Positions 16,021 through 23,207 of a stretch of 23,781 nucleotides of DNA are shown in pieces (the stretch's first letter is position 1; each line of letters opens with the position of its first letter). The position numbers and the translations under genes are program-made. Below the pieces are notes generated by a model. The model ran no database searches. It saw only the letters and a program-made list of their open reading frames with translations, and was not told the DNA's origin. Source of the DNA: a virus; IMG/VR virus record IMGVR_UViG_2716884425_000003, positions 112,768 to 136,548 of that record. The stretch is one strand, 5' to 3'.

Positions 16021-16572
16021 TTATTTTCCTTTAGTGCTTTCCATAAGTCCTTTGACATTAAGTTCGCAAAATCCTTTACCTTCTCTGCTAATGAGTTCAT
16101 AAATCACTCCAGTTAACTCAGAAGGTTTAGTAAAAACCTGTTTGAGTCCGGGGCATTCCATCGGTTCGTCAGAAAGAAACTCTGCATACCCTTTTTCTTT
16201 CCAATCCTTCATTGTATCAGCAACATTATCGCACTGATAAGCAATGTGATGAATACCACCCACGCCGCCGCGAGCATGAACCCAGTCACCAACAATAGAT
16301 CCCCTAGGACCGTCGCTAACAAAGATTTCAGGCGGCGCATGAAAGTGGACTGCGGTTTCAAGCTCATTAAATCCTAGTGTTGTTGATAAACTCCATAATT
16401 CTGTATGCTCCGGTCTTCTTTCGGGCGGTACTAAAGCAAGACAGTCTGCCGTACCTCCGTCATCAAATTTAATTTGGAATTCCGTAGCGATCTCGTAGCC
16501 TAATGCGTCTTTAAAAAATTTGGCTGTTTTATATCTATCTTTGGCTCGGTAAGCTATATGATCCAACCTCAT
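16021..16572 (-). CDS. VOC-superfamily protein resembling a stand-alone catalytic C-terminal domain of 4-hydroxyphenylpyruvate dioxygenase
   Basis: LDHIAY, GIHHIAY, LKQVFTKP..TGVIYELISR...GFCELNVKGLMES parallels HPPD LLQIFTKP..FFEIIQR..GFG.GNFKALFE; candidate Fe ligands H5/H109/E159. Confidence 0.75.
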   Translation of the reverse strand: MRLDHIAYRAKDRYKTAKFFKDALGYEIATEFQIKFDDGGTADCLALVPPERRPEHTELWSLSTTLGFNELETAVHFHAPPEIFVSDGPRGSIVGDWVHARGGVGGIHHIAYQCDNVADTMKDWKEKGYAEFLSDEPMECPGLKQVFTKPSELTGVIYELISREGKGFCELNVKGLMESTKGK

Positions 16573-16578
16573 GTTTAT

Positions 16579-16607
16579 ATATTATCACTAATCTCTTGGG
16601 ATATCAA
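16579..16607 (-). promoter_or_regulatory. sigma-70-type promoter, leaderless geometry, heading the metabolic operon
   Basis: TTGATA-17nt-TAATAT-6nt-ATG. Confidence 0.75.
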
Positions 16608-16610
16608 GCT

Positions 16611-17432
16611 TTAAATTATTTTTTTGTACATATCCCTTAAACTTTCTAAAGCGGTTATTTCCAACTGTCTTATTCTTTCTCTGGTTAAGTTTAGTCTATT
16701 TCCTATTGCCTCAAGGGTTTCTGGTTTGTCTCCAGTTAGTCCATACCTGCGAACGATTATCAGTCGCTCTCGCTTGTTTAACTTTGATAGACACTTATTT
16801 AAGACTTCTGAATCGCTGTTTTTCTGACATAGTAGGGATGGTAGCTGTGACAGGTCACTGGCCACGATGTCTCCAACTTCAGTTTCGCCGTCACCAAGTT
16901 TTTCATTAATAGAATCGGACTGTAAATTTAATTTTAATATTTTATTTACTTTTTTGATTGGGTATTTTAATTCGTTTGAAATCTGTTCTGTTGTGGGTGG
17001 GTGACCGTGCTCTTTTTCGTAGCTATTGATGAATTTTTGTGTTTTTAATTTCGATTCAATCATTATAACTGGGATACGTATTGTTCTACCCTTGTTACTG
17101 ATTGCTCTGCGTATCGATTGTTTTATCCAAAAAGAGGCATAGTAAGATAGCTTTGTTCCTTTATCTAAATCAAATTTATCCACCGCTGTCATTAAACCGA
17201 TGTTGCCTTCGTTGACTAAGTCCTCATAGTCAAGCCCTACGTTCTGATACTCTTTGGCTATTTTGGCTACGAGTCTTAGATTGCACTTTATTAGCCTTTC
17301 TCTAGCGCGAGCAGCATATAGCTTATTTGCGCTTCTCATTTCTTCAAGAAGTTTTTTCTCTTGTTCTTGGTCGAGTAAGTCAAATTTACCCACCTCTTTC
17401 ATGTAAATGTCTATGTTCTTATTTATGTCCAT
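16611..17432 (-). CDS. RNA polymerase sigma-70 factor, RpoD/SigA-like, lacking region 1.1
   Basis: NLRLVAKIAKEY, EDLVNEGNIGLMTAVDKFD, YASFWIKQSI, RTIRIPV, TLEAIG..LTRERIRQLE. Confidence 0.93.
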   Translation of the reverse strand: MDINKNIDIYMKEVGKFDLLDQEQEKKLLEEMRSANKLYAARARERLIKCNLRLVAKIAKEYQNVGLDYEDLVNEGNIGLMTAVDKFDLDKGTKLSYYASFWIKQSIRRAISNKGRTIRIPVIMIESKLKTQKFINSYEKEHGHPPTTEQISNELKYPIKKVNKILKLNLQSDSINEKLGDGETEVGDIVASDLSQLPSLLCQKNSDSEVLNKCLSKLNKRERLIIVRRYGLTGDKPETLEAIGNRLNLTRERIRQLEITALESLRDMYKKII

Positions 17433-17823
17433 TACTCTCTAGAATATTTGTTGTAGAGTACCCATCCATGTAGTTAAAAATTTTTACTTCACATAAATCT
17501 GCCCCAACCACTTTTTGCGGATCGTAGTCTCCGCCTTTAACTATACATTCAGGTTTTATTTCTTTGATTAACTCGTAAGGCGTATCTTCTTCAAAAACTA
17601 TAATTTGATTTACATATTTTATTGATCGAAGCATCTCTACTCTATCTTCAATTTTATTGAAGGGCCGGTCATTACCCTTTAATCGCTTTACGCTTTCGTC
17701 AGAATTTATTCCGACAATAACCGATCCGCCTATGGCGGGTATAGCTAATTTATCGCAATATTTAAATAGCTCTATGTGACCTCTGTGCAAAACGTCAAAA
17801 CAGCCGTTAGTGAATACTCTCAT
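17419..17823 (-). CDS. rfaE2: D-glycero-beta-D-manno-heptose 1-phosphate adenylyltransferase-like (RfaE/HldE domain II)
   Basis: FTNGCFDVLHRGH, NSDESVKRLKG..RP, FEEDTP, VKGGDY, GYSTT. Confidence 0.85.
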   Translation of the reverse strand: MRVFTNGCFDVLHRGHIELFKYCDKLAIPAIGGSVIVGINSDESVKRLKGNDRPFNKIEDRVEMLRSIKYVNQIIVFEEDTPYELIKEIKPECIVKGGDYDPQKVVGADLCEVKIFNYMDGYSTTNILESNGHK

Positions 17824-18517
17824 AAGCGTGATCCTTAAAGCTGAAAATACCAGCCTTTTTGTTAATGTTTATAGTTGATTTACCGTGAAAGCCAAATTGA
17901 CCAGTATAAACCATATTCTCTACTGAAAAATATTTAGCTAATTCGCAGGGAGCAAACTTCATTCCTTTTGACTTCAGTTCTTTATCAACCACTCTGCATA
18001 TAAAAGCATCCTCTTGCAAACCTGTTGACTTTCGACTCTCAGAAGATTGCCTTTTTATGTAAGCGTTATTGTGTAGATCATAATCATACTTTGACACTTC
18101 TTCCATTATTTTTTTACTTCTAATGCTAAACCCTCCATTTCCAACGCAAGCTCCCGCTGGGCAGATTTTCGGTCTATCTTGCGGTGAGACCCAAATCCAA
18201 GGCGCACCTATGTAGTCATAGTTTAAAAATTCATCAGTCCATGCTTGAAGATTAAGCGGGTAACCGTCTGTTTGCACAAACATTAAAAACTCAGTATCTA
18301 TATATTTATATAACTCTTTAATTACAAACCTGTTGTATTCCCCCAAGGTATTTATCGGGTTTATTTGGGTTACGCCTTCTTGCTTCTTAGAGGCAAGCAC
18401 TTTCGTGTCACCAAAGTCAATAAATTTAGACACACCACGGACGACCTGTAAAGCTAAATCTGTTTCGTAATCGTCTAGGCAAACTAGAGTAACATTATTT
18501 AAATTTAATTTATTCAT
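17807..18517 (-). CDS. DUF5672-like protein (GT-A-like putative glycosyltransferase)
   Basis: QTDG, FLNYDYIGAPW, VGNGGFSIRS, EDAFIC, AKYFSVE, FGFH. Confidence 0.8.
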   Translation of the reverse strand: MNKLNLNNVTLVCLDDYETDLALQVVRGVSKFIDFGDTKVLASKKQEGVTQINPINTLGEYNRFVIKELYKYIDTEFLMFVQTDGYPLNLQAWTDEFLNYDYIGAPWIWVSPQDRPKICPAGACVGNGGFSIRSKKIMEEVSKYDYDLHNNAYIKRQSSESRKSTGLQEDAFICRVVDKELKSKGMKFAPCELAKYFSVENMVYTGQFGFHGKSTININKKAGIFSFKDHAYESIH

Positions 18518-18854
18518 CCTCGCTCAACCATTTTTTGTCACTTCTGGGGTAAAAATTGCAAATCTTTGCTGTTTTATTGTCTGGATTTATGATTGCCACC
18601 TTTGCTATCTTTGACCCGCTTAACGCTGAAATGTGCCTGAACAAACAGTCGTGACAGATCACTGATTTAGTCTTAACCAGAATAGAGCTTGCATCAAAGT
18701 ACATTAGCTTTTTATTCTCGTAGAGAATTGTGTAATCTTTTACGCTATACTTTAATCCGCACTTGGGGTCAAGACACTTAATTACCCTTTTCCTTTTAGC
18801 TTTTAAGCTATTAGGTGTAACCAACTCTACTTCATAGTGTTTTTTACTGGGCAT
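18510..18854 (-). CDS. hypothetical protein with putative Zn-binding Cys pairs
   Basis: CLDPKC and CHDC motifs. Confidence 0.7.
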   Translation of the reverse strand: MPSKKHYEVELVTPNSLKAKRKRVIKCLDPKCGLKYSVKDYTILYENKKLMYFDASSILVKTKSVICHDCLFRHISALSGSKIAKVAIINPDNKTAKICNFYPRSDKKWLSEDE

Positions 18855-19026
18855 TGCTTGCGCTACTTACTTGATGTAGTGACCAGTCTGTACCGTTGCC
18901 CCAATTTTTTTCAACCCAAGCTTTACCTTTATCTCTGGCCGCGTCTTTTGTAGACTCAAATACCCAAGAATCAACTTTATCACTTCGGTCATAAATAATA
19001 ACTACCCACATATATTTATTTGTCAT
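18844..19026 (-). CDS. hypothetical protein
   Basis: 60 aa, TAATG coupling with guaC. Confidence 0.7.
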   Translation of the reverse strand: MTNKYMWVVIIYDRSDKVDSWVFESTKDAARDKGKAWVEKNWGNGTDWSLHQVSSASNAQ

Positions 19027-20186
19027 TAACTATTCCTCCCAAATATTTCGTTTGATTGTTGTGTTACCCGTATAAAGGTAGCACATTTTGGCATATCTTT
19101 CAACCTTTTAGCGCCAATATAAGTGCAAGTGCTGCGCACCCCACCAAGAATATTTTCCACAGTATCTCTAATTCTTCCACGATGTTTTATCCTTACGGTT
19201 TTTCCTTCTGAAGAACGATATTTCGCCACGCCGCCATGATATTTGTTCATGGCTGTATCGGAACTCATTCCATAAAATGTTTTATATTTCTCTCCGTCAA
19301 CTACTTCTTCTTGTCCTGCTGACTCATTATGACCTGCCAGCATCCCGCCCAGCATAACAAAATCAGCACCAGCACAAAAGGCTTTGGATACATCGCCAGC
19401 AGACACGCACCCGCCATCAGCCATAATATGCCCACCAAGCCCATGTGCAGCATCCGCGCATTCAATGACCGCGCTGAGTTGAGGGTAACCGACACCAGTT
19501 TGAATACGAGTAGTGCAGACAGACCCGCCGCCAATACCCACTTTAACAATATCTGCTCCACTTAATAATATCTCCTCTGTCATTTCGCCGCTAACCACGT
19601 TACCAGCAATTATAATCAATTGCGGATGTTCCTCACGGACTCTCTTAATGAAGTCGCAGAACTTCGCGCTATAACCATTCGCAATGTCGATGCAAACAAA
19701 TCTATTGTGATAAAATGTAAATTGAATGTCTTTTAGATAATCTAAATCGTCATATTTATCTGGGTCATACTTGATACCAATAGAAGGGCAAAGATGCTCG
19801 TAAACTCTCTCTTGCCAGTATTTAGAATTACGGTCATAGCTCCAATTTTTTTCGTTAGCTTCTTTTTGAGCTAGGGTTTCGTAAACTCCATAGCCGCACA
19901 TCTTGTGAATCCACCTTCTTTTATCATTATGCTTACTGATGCAGGTCAACATATGATATTCAGCAAGAGTCTTGGCAGTCTCGAATGTGCCTGTCGTGTC
20001 CATGTTAGCTGCCACGATAGGAACCCCTGTCCAACCGTAATTCGGATGGCCAGCACCATCCCCACCAGCGTGCTTAAAGGTAAACGTGCGCATCAAGTCT
20101 ACCTCATTGCGGGAAGTAAGCTCTGAGCGTTTAGGGCGTAAAAGAACGTCCTTGTAGTCTAACTTTATTTCTGATTCAATTCTCAT
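19026..20186 (-). CDS. guaC: GMP reductase (E. coli GuaC type)
   Basis: [83 protein letters not shown]. Confidence 0.95.
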   Translation of the reverse strand: MRIESEIKLDYKDVLLRPKRSELTSRNEVDLMRTFTFKHAGGDGAGHPNYGWTGVPIVAANMDTTGTFETAKTLAEYHMLTCISKHNDKRRWIHKMCGYGVYETLAQKEANEKNWSYDRNSKYWQERVYEHLCPSIGIKYDPDKYDDLDYLKDIQFTFYHNRFVCIDIANGYSAKFCDFIKRVREEHPQLIIIAGNVVSGEMTEEILLSGADIVKVGIGGGSVCTTRIQTGVGYPQLSAVIECADAAHGLGGHIMADGGCVSAGDVSKAFCAGADFVMLGGMLAGHNESAGQEEVVDGEKYKTFYGMSSDTAMNKYHGGVAKYRSSEGKTVRIKHRGRIRDTVENILGGVRSTCTYIGAKRLKDMPKCATFIRVTQQSNEIFGRNS

Positions 20187-20632
20187 TTACCTTTAATTAT
20201 TTTTGATGATGATCTTATTTTATCTCCAAGGCCGTCAATCATTTGTATGTCACACTTTTCACAAACTTTAGACTCTGGTATTTCGCCAGTGTGCCTGTCT
20301 CCACCATTGGCAAAGATAATATGATAGTCTCTGTACTCTCTTCTAACCTTTTGTAATGAACCGCATACGGTCTTATCGTCATCTAGGCTAATGAACGCTG
20401 TGTCTGTGTAGCGAATGGCTTTGACTATCTTTAGCCTATCGTCTTCGCTCATGTATGATTTTTTCTTTTTTAATTTAGCTTGCTTGTCGTTGTTTACGAT
20501 GACAACCAACTCGTCACCCAACCGTTTTGCGAGCTTCATCATTTCTAAGTGACCGACATGAATGGGGTCAAAGTATCCACTCACAACTACTGCCACATGG
20601 CGGTTTACTGTATGAAATCCTATTTCACTCAT
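20183..20632 (-). CDS. cytidylyltransferase-family nucleotidyltransferase (TagD/RibL-like)
   Basis: [31 protein letters not shown]. Confidence 0.88.
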   Translation of the reverse strand: MSEIGFHTVNRHVAVVVSGYFDPIHVGHLEMMKLAKRLGDELVVIVNNDKQAKLKKKKSYMSEDDRLKIVKAIRYTDTAFISLDDDKTVCGSLQKVRREYRDYHIIFANGGDRHTGEIPESKVCEKCDIQMIDGLGDKIRSSSKIIKGK

Positions 20633-20921
20633 TTATAAGTTCCTGTATTTCTGGTACACAGCGTCCATCCCAGTACCAACTGCCTTTGTATTTTTCTTGA
20701 ACCTTTCTCTTCTTATCCATGCGAACATAGTGAAAATCTCCAGACACACCCATAAAGCAATCAAAATCCTGTATGGGAAGTGTAGCTGTTTTCGGCTTAC
20801 CATCATCATAAGTTTGATCGTAGCACTTCATAACCGCATGCGTGGCAAATTTTGGTGGACGCGGAATAAAAGTATTCTTTGGTTTACCCACTTTAATATA
20901 TGGTTTTGCTTCGAATGGCAT
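20625..20921 (-). CDS. hypothetical protein (start MPFEAKP)
   Basis: TAATG coupling with upstream stop. Confidence 0.7.
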   Translation of the reverse strand: MPFEAKPYIKVGKPKNTFIPRPPKFATHAVMKCYDQTYDDGKPKTATLPIQDFDCFMGVSGDFHYVRMDKKRKVQEKYKGSWYWDGRCVPEIQELINE

Positions 20922-21484
20922 TAGGTTAGCCACCTTTCTATTTTCATTGTTGCCCCTATCATAAATCCTAAAACTACTCTAATAATGTGCAGTGGAGTCG
21001 ACACGATGCGCTTGTACACTTTGTATAACTTGCTTCGGGAAGACTCTTCTGAAATTTTTTCCATCATCTCCTGTTGTACTTCTACCCTATCCGAGTTATC
21101 TTCTTTTTTATACTCGACTAGATCTAACTCCTTCAATTCGCCTTTCCATACTGTCGCCTTAAACTCCAGCCAGTGATCCCACTCCTTGCCCATGAACATT
21201 TGGTAAAAATTTATTTCGGCTGTTTTTTCGTATTTTTCCAAATCTCCTTCTTGTGGGGTGACTGCATCTTCGTTCTCGTACCACTGAGTGGCTCTTAGGT
21301 AAATTTGCCCATCGTCCTCGATGCTGTAAACGTCTAACATGTTACCCATGTCTTTGGTCTGCCACTCTACCTCTTGGAAGCTAGATACACCCTTGTCGCT
21401 AGAATTAATATCCTCAAATTCTTCATCCGTAAAGTCGGGTAAAGGCAAAGGGTAGTCACAGATAACTGTATCAAATAATCCCAT
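20921..21484 (-). CDS. conserved phage hypothetical protein
   Basis: MGLFDTVICDYPLP...WQTKD N-terminal motif common in phage hypotheticals; TAATG coupling. Confidence 0.8.
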   Translation of the reverse strand: MGLFDTVICDYPLPLPDFTDEEFEDINSSDKGVSSFQEVEWQTKDMGNMLDVYSIEDDGQIYLRATQWYENEDAVTPQEGDLEKYEKTAEINFYQMFMGKEWDHWLEFKATVWKGELKELDLVEYKKEDNSDRVEVQQEMMEKISEESSRSKLYKVYKRIVSTPLHIIRVVLGFMIGATMKIERWLT

Positions 21485-21672
21485 TAGTGTTTTCCTTCTA
21501 AAATATCTTTAACAAGAGATAGGTAAAACACATCGTAGCTTTGACCCACGGCTCCCTCTGATTTACCAGCACGGATTGCCTCTTTCTTGTGTTCGTCGTC
21601 TTTGAGTTGAGCTACCTCTATTAGCTCAGTAATCAACGCTACAGCTTTTTCTATTTTTTCTTTATCAGTCAT
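21484..21672 (-). CDS. hypothetical protein
   Basis: 62 aa, coupled to neighbours. Confidence 0.7.
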   Translation of the reverse strand: MTDKEKIEKAVALITELIEVAQLKDDEHKKEAIRAGKSEGAVGQSYDVFYLSLVKDILEGKH

Positions 21673-21871
21673 GTATCATATCGGAGCCTTTCTCTCCGTC
21701 GATAATTGTTTCAATAGTATAATCTTCTATTTCAGAATTTTTAAGTATTTCGTCCGGTCTGGCATCCAAGAAGTTATTGTAAGCTACGTTATGCGCTTGC
21801 TCCTTAGTGTCAGCAGTTACGGTCGTTTTATTGACCGCTCTGTAATAGACCTTTACTTGCCATTCTGCCAC
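21665..21871 (-). CDS. hypothetical protein (GTG start, MAEWQVKVYYRAV...)
   Basis: ORF track trimmed to in-frame GTG 7 nt after a -10 box. Confidence 0.65.
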   Translation of the reverse strand: MAEWQVKVYYRAVNKTTVTADTKEQAHNVAYNNFLDARPDEILKNSEIEDYTIETIIDGEKGSDMIHD

Positions 21872-21878
21872 GGTCTTT

Positions 21879-21907
21879 ACTATAATATATATCCAAGGAA
21901 GTGTCAA
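21879..21907 (-). promoter_or_regulatory. sigma-70-type promoter, leaderless geometry
   Basis: TTGACA-17nt-TATAGT-7nt-GTG; the TGA in the -35 box is the thyX stop codon. Confidence 0.85.
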
Positions 21908-22563
21908 GCACTTTTCCACTCAAGAGCTTCAGAAACATTAGGGAAATTATTAATAAAAATTAATTTAATTGCTTCTGCAACCTCTCTATGTTCTTTTTGA
22001 GTGTTTTCTTCAGTTCGTAAATCAATATAATGCACCCAACTACGCACTGTACCGCTCATGTAAATCGTAGTCTGCGTAGTTAATGGAAGCACCATTCTAG
22101 CGCACTCCTTGGCTACTCCGCCTTTTATTAGGCTGTTGTAAAGCTCAAGGGACTTGCGCTCATGCACGGCGATTGCCTGTTTAGCGTTTATGAATCCGTT
22201 TACAGAGGGATTTATTACGTCCTTACTGCTCTGCCTGTTCTTTTCTGCTTGCTCTCGTACCTCGACAGGCTCCATGACTTGCGCTTCGCTGTAACGCTGA
22301 CTAAACTCTTGAAAGCTAAAGCTACGATGTCGAAGAATCTGGGCAGCAATAGCTCTGCTGGTAGTAATTTCAACACACATGGAAGCTAATTCAAATGGCG
22401 ACCAATGTTTATGCTTGATCAAAAATTTAATCAACCTTGGAGCAGTCTCCATGTTCATCTGATTGCTGGGGTTAGATACTCTAGCACAATATGAAATAAT
22501 ATCTTCTGCGCTGTTCACCCCGTCTATTTCGGGCTTGGTTAACGAAACTAATTTTACGTTCAT
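21904..22563 (-). CDS. thyX: flavin-dependent thymidylate synthase
   Basis: YCARVS, HKHWSPFE, QILRHRSFSFQEFSQRY signature, ECARMVLP, TQKEHR. Confidence 0.97.
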   Translation of the reverse strand: MNVKLVSLTKPEIDGVNSAEDIISYCARVSNPSNQMNMETAPRLIKFLIKHKHWSPFELASMCVEITTSRAIAAQILRHRSFSFQEFSQRYSEAQVMEPVEVREQAEKNRQSSKDVINPSVNGFINAKQAIAVHERKSLELYNSLIKGGVAKECARMVLPLTTQTTIYMSGTVRSWVHYIDLRTEENTQKEHREVAEAIKLIFINNFPNVSEALEWKSA

Positions 22564-22664
22564 TTATTTTTTATTAACTTGTAGAAACCCACAACTATAC
22601 TGTAAAAAAAATAATATACAGTATAGATCACAAGCAATATAAAATATTTTATATCATCTATCAC
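22560..22664 (-). CDS. possible 34-aa single-TM peptide (MIDDIKYFILLVIYTVYYFFYSIVVGFYKLIKNK)
   Basis: Manual translation from GTG; stop overlaps thyX start (ATGA); positive-inside C-terminus. Confidence 0.45.
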   Translation of the reverse strand: MIDDIKYFILLVIYTVYYFFYSIVVGFYKLIKNK

Positions 22665-22667
22665 TTG

Positions 22668-22874
22668 TTACATGGTTGTCATTTTTACTATCTTACCAGA
22701 TTCCTTTGATGAATGCAAGAAAAAAATTTTCGTACCCCCATTTACTTCCATCCTTACCCAGTCAATGTTAAATGGAGACTTACCCGCTCCGTAAGTTTGG
22801 GTGTTCCAAGTGGGGTCTTTTGTTTTCCACTTTTTCTTTTTCGGTTTTTCTTTTATATTCTTGGTTGATTGCAT
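22668..22874 (-). CDS. hypothetical basic protein
   Basis: 68 aa; overlaps upstream ORF by 95 nt so start is uncertain. Confidence 0.5.
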   Translation of the reverse strand: MQSTKNIKEKPKKKKWKTKDPTWNTQTYGAGKSPFNIDWVRMEVNGGTKIFFLHSSKESGKIVKMTTM

Positions 22875-22986
22875 CTGTATCTAGTTCCTTTCCGTGGAAA
22901 TAACCACAACGAGGGCAAGTGTTAAACGTTACTCGCATTGTGGCCCCGCAGCTTTCGCAGGTTTTAACTCCACTTATAATATCCAT
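22780..22986 (-). CDS. zinc-ribbon protein
   Basis: CESC...CPRCG. Confidence 0.6.
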   Translation of the reverse strand: MDIISGVKTCESCGATMRVTFNTCPRCGYFHGKELDTDAINQEYKRKTEKEKVENKRPHLEHPNLRSG

Positions 22987-23207
22987 ATATATTCATTATA
23001 GCAATAATTAAGGACATTGTTAAGGTTGACCAAGCTTTTTTTATACCAAGAATATCCAGCAACGCAAAGGTTACCAACAACCCAAACGACCCAAGAAGAT
23101 ATAAACCCGTTAGCATTAAGGTAATACCCGCCGACCACAAGAAGCGCACCAAACCACCCAATCGTTTCAATAACTCCATCTTTATAACCTTTGACTTTCT
23201 TTGCCAT
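22964..23207 (-). pseudogene. small 3-TM membrane protein (PnuC/SemiSWEET-like half transporter) split by one extra A in an A7 run
   Basis: Frame 1 MAKK...IETIGWFGALLVVGGYYLNA...WVVGNLCVAGYSWYKK joins frame 2 AWSTLTMSLIIAIMNIYGYYKWS if the run at 23036-23042 is A6. Confidence 0.7.

Noticed and set aside
16020-16100. Longer N-termini given by the ORF track (ALDH 16100; also 4292, 6324, 11168, 21919, 23258)
   Set aside because: They overlap upstream genes or promoters; downstream starts fit coupling/promoter geometry better
12494-20632. Interpretation as a bacterial chromosome segment
   Set aside because: Metabolic genes are interleaved with rIIA, a phage-type ligase, thyX and dozens of tiny coupled ORFs under one promoter style, which fits a large phage genome better
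22595-22626. 10-bp inverted repeat CTATACTGTA/TACAGTATAG upstream of thyX
   Set aside because: AT-rich, no U-tract, and lies within a plausible small TM-peptide ORF; likely incidental
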